A stretch of DNA of 64,000 nucleotides, from assembly GCA_951406725.2 (NCBI GenBank), contig OX597820.1, positions 4,092,001-4,156,000 of the forward strand, given 5' to 3'. The notes below the pieces were generated by a model. It saw only the letters and a list, made by a program, of their open reading frames with translations, was not told where the DNA came from and ran no database searches. Below are positions 40,440 to 53,382 of the stretch, in pieces. The DNA is from Octopus vulgaris (lineage: Eukaryota). Made by a program: the position numbers and the translations under genes. Each line of letters opens with the position of its first letter. The stretch's first letter is position 1.

Positions 40440-41770
40440 TTATTCTGGATGGACTTTGTCGGGGGGCAGTGGTTAAATGCAAGTGAGAAGAGAAGCTGTT
40501 TGTGAAGACATTGCAAGAATTGGGGCAAGTGATGGAGGTGTCTACAATTATTCAGCCGATCTGCAGCTTCAGGTGGCTGAGAAATTATGAAGGTATCAGT
40601 TGGAGAAATACAAGAACAGGTTGTACTGTTTCACCTGGCTGAGACTCACATAGAACTCAGCATCAAAAATCATGGAAAAGGTTGTCAGGGTGGGTTTGGG
40701 AAAAGTGGCCAAGGTGAAGCAGGCCACTAGTTTTTACATAGGTTATATTCAAATGTTGAAGCCGGTGTAAGAGAAGGGGTTGTAGGTCATCTTATGAGAT
40801 TCAAGATATCTATGAAATAATTGGAGGCTACAGAAGGGGGAGCTGCCCCTGGGGCTTCATCTTGAGAGAGACAAAATAAGTAGGTTAAAGTTTCAGAGAA
40901 GAAACAAGATTCCAGACCTGAATGGAGCCATGAATAGGTAAAAACCATTCTCAGTAAGTGGGAAATTAGTAAGCCATTACCCCATTGCAGGATGACTCCA
41001 GATGGCGTGCTGCTTTATCAAAGAGTGAGTAAGAGATAAGGTGATTGTGATGGTGTGAGACATTCTGGGAAGAACGAGAGTCGAGCACCCAGTGAAGGGA
41101 AGTTTGTATGTGACCAAATCAGAGAAAGGGATTGTATAGTATGATGCAAATAGTATAGCGATAGGAGTTGTTTTGTAAATGAGAAGTGTTGAGATGGAGG
41201 ATACAACATGGCTCGTAATGAAGGGCAACTGCAACCACATCAGTGTTGTTCTGAACTAAATGTTGTTCTGAAGGGCATGAGCTCAGCACTGAGATGGACA
41301 TGGCACACCACTGAAATTCAGGCTGATTCATCCATGGTATGGGAATCAGTGATAATCAATCAGAAGAGAATCCAAAGGAAGCGGGGTCACAGAAATGATA
41401 ATCAAGTGTTACCTAGAAATCCTGAGAAAATTTCTTGTTGAGTTTGGCCTGGAGATGTTGATAGTCTGTGCCATGAGTAAACATAAGGCGGATGCTCTTA
41501 CCTAGGCAAAAACGCCTGATTGGAAATGCTTGAGGATTCACTGGGGTGGGAGTGTTGGCTGGAGGTGGGGTTCGGAGTTGAAGAGGCTGCACAGCATACA
41601 TCATATTGGGATGGAGAGGAACCTGTTTTTGGTCAGGGAAATCGACACTGATATCACCAGTGGGAATGTCATGTCTGGAATGTGGTTGGGAACTCGACCA
41701 TTGAGTGTGCATGAGCTGGAACAGTCAGGTGGAGGAAGACTGAAAGAGGCTGGCAACTGATGTAGCACGT
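40440..41770 (+). mobile_element. Heavily decayed LINE, possibly Tx1/L1
   Basis: Purine-rich coding-like stretch with remnants resembling a C-terminal zinc knuckle. No intact motif. Confidence 0.35.
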
Positions 41771-41899
41771 GTGTGACATTGTGGGTAATGCATTAGAAGT
41801 GACATCAGGTGATGAAGAGGATTTTTGACATACCTTTTTGTGGGGGACAAACAACCGGCAAGAACAGGTGTGTGGCAGATGCAGTATTTTGATATTATA

Positions 41900-42236
41900 A
41901 CTTATTATTTGCATTTGATGGATATTTATCCTCATCAGGTGTCTTGGGGAAATTTTGAACCTAGGTTCTCATTCCTAAGGTAATTTTCGATGTTATTATT
42001 ATTGGACATATGGCGTAGTGGTTAAGAGCACAGGCTAGTAACCCCAAGATTCTGAGTTTGATTCCAGGCAGTGACCTGAATGATAATAATAATAATAACA
42101 TTGAAAAATACCTTAGGGTTAAGAACCCAGGTTCCAAATTTCCCCAAGACACCTGATGAAGGCTGGAGGGTATATCAGCTGAAACGTTGTGTTAACAAAG
42201 AAGATGAGGATAAATATCTGTCAAATGTAAATAATG
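41900..42236 (+). mobile_element. Second copy of composite tRNA-head/hammerhead element
   Basis: Inverted arm ~41900-41995, tRNA-Thr-like head 42004-42076 (TGGCGTAGTGG...CTAGTAA...GAGTTTGATTCC), (AAT)n, then forward arm containing the HHR. Confidence 0.75.
42148..42193 (+). ncRNA. Minimal type I hammerhead ribozyme
   Basis: Stem I GACAC/GTGTT, core CTGATGA(A), stem II GGCTG/CAGCT, GAAA, palindromic AACGTT stem III, GUU cleavage triplet. Confidence 0.7.
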
Positions 42237-42719
42237 TTTACAGAACTGTATTATAGCTTCTGACCAGCTTCTTGGGGCAGTGGCTGTCTCTGAGTCACCC
42301 AGTAAGTTTTAGATGGCGACTGAGGAATTTCTTTTGGAGTCATTTTCCAAGCCAAAGTAAGAAGACGGGACTCGAACCAACAGCTCTTAAGACAGCCACC
42401 AGGTACTGACGGTTCACCCTGTCAAATATTTTGGATTGAATATTGACCAGTGTTCTGTCAAAGCTAGATCTACTCTTGACCTGCTCTACAATATGCCACC
42501 TGAGATTGAGATTGTGGACAGATTTGTCAAACAACAACAACAACAACAACAATGTTTCTAGTATAGACATGAATCTTGAAATTTGAGGGGAGGGGCTAAT
42601 CGGTTAATTTCACTCTGGTACTTTATTTTATAGAGCTCAGAGAATGATTTGAACTCAAAACGTAAAGAGCAAGAACATATACTGAACGGCATTTTATCTG
42701 AGGCTCTAACGATTCTACT

Positions 42720-43305
42720 AACCAACCACCACCATCTCATCCACCATCACCACCAAAACCACAATCCTCTACACCACCACCACTGCCACCACCACCAAAA
42801 CCACAATCCCCTACACCACTGCTACCACCACCACTGCTGCTGTCACAACCACCATCGCAACCGCCGCCACCACCACCAAAACCACAATCCCCTACACCAC
42901 TGCTACAACCACCACCACTACCAAAACCACAATCCCCTACACCACTGCTACCACCACCACCACTACCAAAACCACAATCCCCTACACCACTGCTACCACC
43001 ACCACCACTACCCCAACCACAATCCCCTACACCACTGCAACCGCCGCCACCACTACCAAAACCACAATCCCCTACACCACTGCTACAACCACCACCACTA
43101 CCAAAACCACAATCCCCTACACCACTGCTACAACCACCACCACTACCAAAACCACAATCCCCTACACCACTGCTACCACCACCACTGCTGCTGTCACAAC
43201 CACCATCGCAACCGCCGCCACCACCACCACCACCACCAAAACCACAATCCCCTACACCACTGCTACAACCACCACCACCACTGTCGCCACCGCTACCACC
43301 ACCAT
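42720..43305. repeat. CAC-rich minisatellite with ~42-bp unit
   Basis: Recurrent CAAAACCACAATCCCCTACACCACTGCTA between (CAC)n runs. Confidence 0.9.
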
Positions 43306-43603
43306 TGTCATTGATTTCTTTCTCGTGTTTGCGTTACTTACAGTGCAGAACATTGATCTTTGTCAATAAAGAAGGATCAAGTTCAGTCATGAAATGTCCA
43401 AACGTGGACATCTCCACACAAACCACACTCATTCGTGTTCGTATGCAGGAGTGGCTGTGTGGTAAGTAACTTGCTTACCAACCACATGGTTCCAGGTTCA
43501 GTCTCACTGTGTGGCACCTTGGGCAAGTGGCTTCTACTATAGCCTCAGGCTGACCAAAGCCTTGTGAGTGGATTTGGTGGACGGAAACTGAAAGAAGCCT
43601 GTC

Positions 43604-43736
<133 letters not shown>

Positions 43737-43755
43737 CATATATATATATACATAC

Positions 43756-43786
<31 letters not shown>

Positions 43787-43803
43787 CATACATATATATA
43801 TAT

Positions 43804-43852
<49 letters not shown>

Positions 43853-43943
43853 TACATATATATACATATATATATATACATACATATATATATATATACA
43901 TACATATATATATATATACATACATATATATATATATACATAC

Positions 43944-43978
<35 letters not shown>

Positions 43979-43983
43979 CATAC

Positions 43984-44073
<90 letters not shown>

Positions 44074-44092
44074 CATACATATATATATATAT

Positions 44093-44230
<138 letters not shown>

Positions 44231-44412
44231 TATAGTTTGCTGGCACTGTGTTTCGAGCAGATATATATATATATCCAAACCAAGGATACTATGATATATA
44301 TATATACGTTCTCAAATAACCTTGCATTTGATTTTTTAATATATATATATATATACATACTTTAATATATATATATATATAATAGTTCATATGGCAAATC
44401 ATTTATTATATA

Positions 44413-44492
<80 letters not shown>

Positions 44493-44573
44493 CATACATA
44501 TATATATACATACATATATATATACATATATATATATACATACATATATATATACATATATATATATACATAC

Positions 44574-44740
<167 letters not shown>

Positions 44741-44741
44741 C

Positions 44742-44772
<31 letters not shown>

Positions 44773-45028
44773 CATACATATATATATATATATATACATA
44801 CATATATATATATATATAATAGAAATATTAAAATTACTAAGTCTTCTAAAAGAGATACAACGGCAGCGTTCCCGGAAAATAATAGTTATCGCCATACTAA
44901 TATGGGATATAAAAATAAAGAATAAAGCTGTCCGCTTATATATCCATGAGGCCATCGCCTTAGTTAGCTATTTGATACACAAACTGTATCCATATAACCT
45001 TTGAACATATCAGCCATATATATATATA

Positions 45029-45067
45029 TACAGACGCGTTTCGGGGTATGCCCCTTTTCAATGCAGC
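45029..45067 (-). ncRNA. Second copy of U3-A8 hammerhead, 3' strand of stem I cut by (TA)n
   Basis: Minus strand reads GCTGCA TTGAAAA GGGG cata CCCC GAAA CGCG TC TGTA. Confidence 0.65.
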
Positions 45068-45566
45068 GTAGCCAGACCAGTAGGTGTCGCTTCTGACAAT
45101 CTCTGTTCAAAGGTTTTATTTATAGCTTCGGTGGAATACATCCACTATATATTTAATAATAGAAATATTAAAATTACTAAGTCTCTCTAAAAGAGAACAA
45201 CGGCAGCGTTCCCGGAAAATAATAGTTATCGCCATACTAATATGGCATTCTTATAAAAATAAGAATAAAGCTGAATAAGAATAAATAAGAATATATGGAT
45301 ACAGTTTGTGTATCAAATAGCTAACTTAAGGCGATGGCCTCATGGAGCTAATAAGCGGACAGCTTTATTCTTATTTTTATAAGAATGACATATTAGTATG
45401 GCGATAACTATTATTTTCCGGGAACGCTGCCGTTGTTCTCTTTTAGAGAGACTTAGTAATTTTAATATTTCTATTATTGAAAACAAGTGGATGTATTCCA
45501 CCGAAGCTAGGTAAATAAAACCTTTGAACAGAGATTGTCAGAAGCGACACCTACTGGTCTGGCTAC

Positions 45567-45608
45567 GCTGCATTGAAAAGGGGCAATACCCCGAAACGCG
45601 TCTGTAGC
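45567..45608 (+). ncRNA. Minimal type I hammerhead ribozyme, U3-A8 core variant
   Basis: GCTGCA TTGAAAA GGGG caata CCCC GAAA CGCG TC TGTAGC: stem I with one G-U pair, 4-bp GC stem II, palindromic ACGCGT stem III, GUC cleavage site. Confidence 0.75.
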
Positions 45609-45800
45609 TGCCGGCCAAGTAGTGTGGAGCGACTGACCTCCCTTGTTCAAAGGTTATATGGATACAGTTTGTGTATCAAATAGCTAACTTAAGGCGATGG
45701 CCTCATGGAGCTAATAAGCGGACAGCTTTATTCTTATTTTTATAAGAATGCCATATTAGTATGGCGATAACTATTATTATATATATATATATATATACAC

Positions 45801-45909
<109 letters not shown>

Positions 45910-46588
45910 AAAAATCGAAATCGAAACCGAATTGAACCAGCCAGGATCCCTGGCCTGGTGGTACGTAAAAAGCACTATCCGACTCGTGGCCGTGGCACGT
46001 AAAATACTCCAATGCGACCGCACGACAGGCACCCATGCCAACCCCCTTTGCTTGTGAAGACATGTTGGGGCAAGCGAAATCGAAATCGAATTGAACCAGC
46101 CAGGATCCCTGGTCTGGTGGTACGTAAAAAGCACTATCCGACTCGTGGCCATGGCACGTAAAATACTCCAATGCGACCGTACGACAGGCATCATGCCAAC
46201 CCCCTTTGCTTGTGAAGACATGTTGGGGCAAGCGAAATAGAAATCGAATTGTACCAGCCAGGATCCCTGGTCTGGTGGTACGTAAAAAGCACTATCCGAC
46301 TCGTGGCCGATGCCAGCACCGCCTCGACTGGCTTCCGTGCCGGTGGCACATAAAATACACCAATCTGACCGTGGCCAGCCTCGCCTGGCACCTGTGCAGG
46401 TGGCACGTAAAAAGCACCCACTACACTCACGGAGTGGTTGGCGTTAGGAAAGGCATCCAGCTGTAGAAACATTGCCAGATTAGACTGGAGCCTGGTGCAG
46501 CCTTCTGGCTTCCCAGAACCCCGGTCGAACCGTCCAACCCATGCTAGCATGGAGAACGGACGTTAAACAATGATGATGATGATGATGA
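45910..46588 (+). mobile_element. 3' UTR fragment of the same young RTE family
   Basis: Near-identical reverse complement of 10105-10630, with an extra copy of the internal 3' UTR repeat and a (GAT)n tail. Similar tails at ~50-250, 3390-3550, 16860-17110, 17885-18270, 24780-25180, 29367-29680, 30066-30388, 36812-37410, 54052-54630, 60613-60880. Confidence 0.85.
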
Positions 46589-46741
46589 TATATACATATA
46601 TATATATACATACATATATATATATATACATATATATATACATATATATATATATACATATATATATATACATACATATATATATACATACATATATATA
46701 TATATACATATATATATTTACATACATAGATATATACGTAC

Positions 46742-46772
<31 letters not shown>

Positions 46773-46849
46773 CATATATATATACGTACATATATATATA
46801 CATACATATATATATATACATACATATATATGATTGATTGATTGATTGA

Positions 46850-47511
46850 TTCTAGTTTCAGCTTATGAGCTGTGGCCATGCTGGGGCACCGCCATTTGGT
46901 GTTGCTACTTGGTTTCACTTCATGGAGGCTTTCTAGCAACTGCTATTTGGTGCATGAGAGAGTTCGATGCAGCTGCCCTCATCTGCCCCTCCTGCCGTGA
47001 AGTTGGTTCATCTGGGACACCTGACAGGAAGAGATCCAGCTTCATTTTAAAGACATCTGTATCCACCCCATGCAGGTCTCTCAGGTTCTTCGGGAGGATA
47101 TTGAAGAGCTGTGGGCCTCGGAAGCCCAGGCTATCACAGAATCTTGTCCTACATCTTGATGGCAGGTTTGGAGTCCTAGGCACCACGCAGTGGCGCCCAT
47201 GGCATTTGCGTAACTCTCGATGCCAAAGTTCAGGACACTTCCCTCCAGGATCTTCCAGATGTATATTATGGCATATCTTTCCCGCCTACGCTCCAGGGAA
47301 TATAATTTTAATCTCTTGAGTCTTTCCCAGTAGCTTACATTCTGCATAGAGGCTATCTTCTTTGTGTAGCTTCGTTGGATCGCCTCAAGTTCTGTGATCA
47401 ACTTGACACTGGATGGTGACCATAGCTGAGAGCAATAGTCAAAGTGACTTGTATATATATATATATACATACATATATATATATATACATACATATATAT
47501 ATACATACATA

Positions 47512-47552
<41 letters not shown>

Positions 47553-47625
47553 ACATACATATATATATATACATATATATATATACATACATATATATAT
47601 ACATACATATATATATACATACATA

Positions 47626-47657
<32 letters not shown>

Positions 47658-47668
47658 CATATATATAC

Positions 47669-47725
<57 letters not shown>

Positions 47726-47760
47726 CATACATATATATATATATACATACATATATATAT

Positions 47761-47793
<33 letters not shown>

Positions 47794-47798
47794 CATAC

Positions 47799-47831
<33 letters not shown>

Positions 47832-47891
47832 CATATATATATACATATATATATATATATACATATATATACATACATATATATATATACA

Positions 47892-47925
<34 letters not shown>

Positions 47926-48345
47926 CATACATATATATATGTATATATATATATATATATACATACATATATATATATATACATATATATATATATGTAT
48001 ATATATATGTGCCAAGGATTCCAACATCACCATCAAAATACAGGTCCAGATACTGCAACAGCTTGGGTTTCAGAGGACCACAGCTCTTTAACATCCTCCC
48101 TAAATGCCTGAGAGACTTACATGGTGTGGATGTGGGTTTCTTTAAAACTAAACTGGATCTCTTCTTGTTGGGAGTCCCAGATGAACCTACCTCACGACAG
48201 AAGACTCGGATGCGGGCAGCAGCATCGAACTCCCTTGTTGATCAAGTGCCACGTATCAGAGGTGGATTCACAAATTAGTGTAGCTCATTCAGCGGTGGTG
48301 CCCCAGCATGGCCGCGGCCTTCGGGCTAAAACATTTTTAAGGATT
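46850..48345. mobile_element. Two CR1-group LINE 3' fragments in opposite orientation (46850-47450 minus; 48008-48345 plus) around an (AT/CATA)n tract
   Basis: [36 protein letters not shown], homologous to 8047-9080. Confidence 0.8.
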
Positions 48346-48350
48346 TAAGG

Positions 48351-48420
<70 letters not shown>

Positions 48421-48452
48421 ATACATACACAGATATATATACATATATATAT

Positions 48453-49024
48453 ATACTTTAGTGTATATGTTTGCAAGGGTGTTTACGTAGCATATATTCT
48501 TCTTTTTACTTTTTACTTGTTTCAGTCATTTGACTGTGACCATGCAAGGCACCTCTTTAGTCAAACAAATCCCCAGGACTTATTCTTTGTAAGCCTAGTA
48601 CTTATTCTTTGTAAGCCTCGTACTTATTCTATCAGTCTCTTTTGCTCAACTGCTAAGTTATGAGGATGTAAACACATCAACATCGGTTGTCAAACGATGG
48701 TGGGGGGTGAGAAACAGACACAAAAACGTATATATATATATACGTTTTTGTGTCTGTTTCTCACTCCCCACCATCGCTTGACAACCGATGTTGATGTGTT
48801 TACATCCTCATAGCTTATCAGTTTGGCAAAAGACACTGATAGAATAAGTACTAGGCTTACAAAGAATAAGTACTAGGCTTACAAAGAATAAGTCCTGGGG
48901 TTGATTTGTTTGACTAAAGGCGGTGCCCCAGCATGGTCACAGTCAAATGACTGAAACAAGTAAAAGAGTAAAAAGAAGAATATATGCTACGTAAACACCC
49001 TTGCAAACATATACACTAAAGTAT
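48453..49024. repeat. ~570-bp imperfect palindrome (SINE 3' half plus unique flank)
   Basis: Centre ACG(TA)nCGT at ~48735. Both arms include non-SINE flank and the same short internal duplication. Confidence 0.9.
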
Positions 49025-50130
49025 GGCCTGGCTTTCTAGCCTGCTCACGAACTGGCTGAGTATTCCACAGATATGTGTACCTTTAATGATTCAGAAAGAC
49101 GCAGGATCTGGTGAGTTGCAGGCAGAACTCCTTTTTGCCAGCTGAGTGGACTGGAGCAATGTGAAATGAAGTGTCTTGCTCAAGAACACAATGCACAGCC
49201 AGGAACTGAACTCACAGTCGTAAGATTGTAAGCCGAATGCCCTGTCCACTAAGACACATGCTTTCACTATATACAAACATACATACATATACATACTTGC
49301 ACACGGACATACATGCATACATACATAATGAAATCTGAAGGATAATCTCAAGAACAAAGAAATAAAAACCCACAATATGGTAGAAGCCATAGCCACTCAC
49401 GATAAAAAGGAATACTGGTGGAATGTCTCAGTGAAGACCTCAATAAAATGAAAGCACAACAGGCCTGATATAATGATTTGGGATAGAGAAGAAAACCTGT
49501 GCACAGTTGTGGGAATTAGCTGACCAGTGGATGTTAACATAAAGCTGAAGATCAGTGAAAAAGAGAACACCTATGCTGAACTATTGAGAAATCTGCAGTT
49601 ACTCTATCCAGATTACAAGTTCAGGTTTATACCTGTAATTATTGGGGCCCTTGGATATGTAACACACTGCCTAAATACCAATCTTGAGAAATTAGGCTTC
49701 TCAAAACCAGAAAGGAGAAAGCTAATCCAAAGACTACAGATCCAATCCATCACTGGAACTGTAAAAATCTGTGAAAACTTTCCAGAAGCTTATCATTTAA
49801 ATATATATGAGCATGTCTAGATATGTAGCTATATGCATGAGAATACATACATAAAGAAAAAAAATTAAAATCTGCGCATAGATAATGATGGCCGTCCACT
49901 CATGACCGCAAGCAGAGTGATGGATTGAATCTAAGGATCAGCAACACAAACAGGTTTGTTCACAATGTATCGCTTGACCAGTGACAACGGTAGAAGAAAC
50001 GGCAGCAAGATGACGAACCCTGTCGCTGGAAGAGAAATGGTTAATCCCACAGCCAAACTTACGCCCCATTACACAGCCATCCCTGTACCTCAACAAGCGC
50101 CCATGTCTATGTTCTCCAATCAGATGAATC

Positions 50131-50662
50131 TGTAAAGGGAACTGGTTGCTTCTTTACACTTTTGGGGTGCAACTTGGGTGCAACACAATTTCCTTTCTTT
50201 TTGTTTCTAGAAACTACCAGTCGGTAACAAAACGCAACTTTAAAAATATATACGATTCTTTATTCTCTTATTCACAAATGAAGCACGATGGTATACTGGT
50301 ATCCACCTAGTTCAACACAGCAAGGCTGAATTCTAACGTTTGTAAGATTCTTACAATAATTCAACAGCAATAGAGCAGGTGAAATCCTAAGCGTCTGGGA
50401 CAGGAGAATAGGCTGATCACACGTTTAAAAATACGTCCTTTCTCTTCTATTGCCGTGTCTCAAGTCAACGATGCTATTAAGGAACGCGATAGAATTTCTT
50501 CCCCAGTCTCTAGCGCATGTGCATGAGGGAACTTCCTTATGCCTTTCCAGAAGGTTCCAGGAGGTTCCAATCCCACACACGCACACTGAAGAAGGACGTT
50601 CCGCACACGCACACTGAAGAATGACGTTGCGTGTACACACATTGGAATATGACGTCACTACA
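50131..50662 (-). mobile_element. Solo LTR (532 bp), likely Gypsy-type
   Basis: TGTA...TACA termini flanked by a 4-bp direct repeat AATC (50127-50130, 50663-50666). AATAAA on minus at ~50263-50258. Short internal direct repeats. Confidence 0.75.
50527..50657. promoter_or_regulatory. Cluster of kB-like, HSE and CRE motifs inside the solo LTR
   Basis: GGGAACTTCC (50527-50536), TTCcaGAAggTTCcaGGAggTTC (50545-50567), TGACGTCA (50650-50657). Confidence 0.5.
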
Positions 50663-50688
50663 AATCGAATAAATGGAAGGGGATCTGT

Positions 50689-51137
50689 TTAACCCCTTCA
50701 TTACCAACCTGGCTGAAACCAGCTCTGGCTCTGAGGACAAATGTCTTGTTTTCTTAAGTTCTGAATTTAAATCTTCCACCAGACCTTAGTCACAATTTAT
50801 TTTCCTAACACTAGCTTAATGATAACGAAGTTATTTTACTAAATTCTTTCTTATATTGGGTTGGTGCAGAATTATTGTGGCTGTTTTTCAACAAATTTTA
50901 TTCAACAAAAACAATAACAACATGTAACAAAACCATGGAGCGTATTCACCATCCACTTCAATTACTGCTTCCAATTTGCTTGGCAGACGGTCAAACCATC
51001 ATTTAAAGATGTTTTTGTTGAATATTGTTATTGTTTTGTTGAAAAAAAGCCGCAATAATTATGCACCAACCCAATATTTAAAGTAATTGAAAGAAATAGA
51101 GACCATCTCGAAATAAATACAGTAACGAAAGGGTTAA
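50689..51137. mobile_element. piggyBac-type MITE with a nested mariner MITE (50856-51074)
   Basis: Same family as 28109 with TTAA ends. The insert has TA-TTGGGTTGGTGCA...TGCACCAACCCAA-TA TIRs. Another mariner MITE copy is at ~37993-38172. Confidence 0.8.
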
Positions 51138-52128
51138 ACAATTAATTTTAGTGTAAACCAGATCGATAATATGAAAAATAATAATATGGAAATAATACAA
51201 ATATTTTGTTGTTATTAATATTGCATTACCATTTACACCTGATGACTTTGCTCAGGTGATCAATTTCTTTGTGTTGTGTCAGGTTTCTTCTTCCAGTTCT
51301 TAAACAATAGGTCGTTGGTTAATAATGTTTGATCACATTTTCATTGTCATACTTCTGTTCAATGAAGTGATGGCCATTCTTTAGTTTACTTTTTATTGAA
51401 CAAACTTGAGTGATATTTCAAAAACTAGATGCAACACACACACACACACACACTTCTGTTGTGTATCATTGCGTGTCTGTCATTCAAGAATTGGAAAAGT
51501 GTAACTTCAAGTAGCAGCTTGCAAAATTCGTCTTCAAATCAAATCTCTCACCTCCCGTACTCTTTCTCGTACGTAAAGGACAAAGTACTGAGAGGACAAG
51601 CAATATGCAGAGCTTGAGGAAATCTTCCCAGCTTAGAAGCCTGACATGATGAGCTCTCAAAGTATATTCTATACACACACACCAAACACCCAACTAGTTC
51701 CTTACCCAATGTCCCTGCCAACTTTATGACTGCCACTTCTTCCTACCCTTCCTCCACGGTTCCTCGTCACATCCAGCACCTGTTGACATCATCCATTCTT
51801 CATTCTTACCATCAACCACCTCCACCTTTGTTTTCGTCTCCCACTTTCCCTCACATGTTTCCAACACTTAACCCAAACGCTCGTCTCTCTACCGTTTATC
51901 CTTCCATCACTTTTGTGTCTACTGTAATTTTTTTTTTTTTTTACCTGAGTGCCAAACTAATACAGAAAATATAGATATATATCTCTGAAAATATATATAT
52001 ATATATATAATTAATTAATAAGGGTGAGAGAATTAGATACTAATTTAATAGTATATCTATTCAACACCAAGTGGCCCAGTGCCCTGAGAAACCTGGATTA
52101 TTATAATATTTTATAATATATTATAATA

Positions 52129-52172
<44 letters not shown>

Positions 52173-52454
52173 GGTCCCGGGTTGATTCGGGGTTAACCAC
52201 AGTAAATAAGGTACTCAATACATAGCAGAGTAAAATTAATTTATTATATAGAAGGAGCTTCTACAGGAAGTATATGTATATGTATGTGTGTGTGTGTGTA
52301 TATATGTATGTGTGTGTGTATGTGTGTATATGTATGTATGTATGTATGTGTATGTATATGTGTGTGTGTGTACATGTATGTGTATGTGTGTGTGTGTGTA
52401 TGTGTGTATATGTATATGTATGTGTATGTATGTATGTGTATATGTATATATATA

Positions 52455-52497
<43 letters not shown>

Positions 52498-52786
52498 ATG
52501 TGTATGTGTGTGTATGTATATGTATGTATATATATGTGTGTATGTGTGTATATGTATATATATATATATATATATGTATATATAGGTATATATATATATA
52601 TATATATGTGTATATATGCGTGTATGTATATGTATGTATGTAGATATGTGTGTGTATGTGTATGTGTATATGTACATATACGTGTACGCTCGTGTGTTTA
52701 GGTATATGTAGGTACGTAGAGTTATGTATGTGTGTATGTATATGTACATATGTGTAAGTATGCGTATATATATATATATATATATG

Positions 52787-52845
<59 letters not shown>

Positions 52846-53149
52846 AAGTTTATATGTATGTATCCGTCTGTATAATAGGTAACTGCACGTATATATACTT
52901 AATATTTATTATTTATTATTTATTTTTTGAGTATGCATGTAAGTATGAACATAAGGAGTGGCGTGTGTGTGTGTGTATGTGTAAGCATAGATATATGTAT
53001 ACTTTTACGCATGTGTGTACTTATGTGTATATATGGATGCGCGTGTGTGTGTGTGTGTATGGGTACGCATGTATATGTGTATGTGCGTGTATGTGTATAT
53101 GTGTATGTATGTGTCTGTATATATGTATATGTATGTATGTATATGTATG

Positions 53150-53198
<49 letters not shown>

Positions 53199-53331
53199 AT
53201 GTATATGTGTATGTGTATGTATTTGTATGTGTATGCATGCGCGTATATGTATGTATATGTATACGTGTGGGTGTGTGTATGTGTGTATATATGTATGTAT
53301 GTATGGGTGTATGTATGTATGTATGCGGATA

Positions 53332-53382
<51 letters not shown>

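Larger units (their letters stand above)
44818..45778. mobile_element. Tandem + inverted copies of a ~363-nt HHR-bearing unit (Penelope pLTR-like or retrozyme-like) embedded in (TA)n
   Basis: Marker ATGGATACAGTTTG at 45295 and 45658 (363-nt period). Reverse-complement copies at 44818-45272 (AATAGAAATATT at 44818 and 45158). Confidence 0.75.

Noticed and set aside
42004-42076. Possible tRNA-Thr(AGT) gene
   Set aside because: Acceptor and anticodon stems pair poorly and it is embedded in a repeated composite element, so it is treated as a SINE head.
42649-43314. 221-aa His-rich ORF
   Set aside because: Translation of a CAC-rich minisatellite starting in a SINE remnant, antisense within an intron, with no splice or promoter support.
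43342-43440. Candidate extra exon ending in GTAAGT on the minus strand
   Set aside because: No good acceptor, no recognisable domain, and its phase-1 end does not fit the phase-0 acceptor of the next exon.
51235-51270. CTGATGA core motif
   Set aside because: No downstream GAAA or stems.
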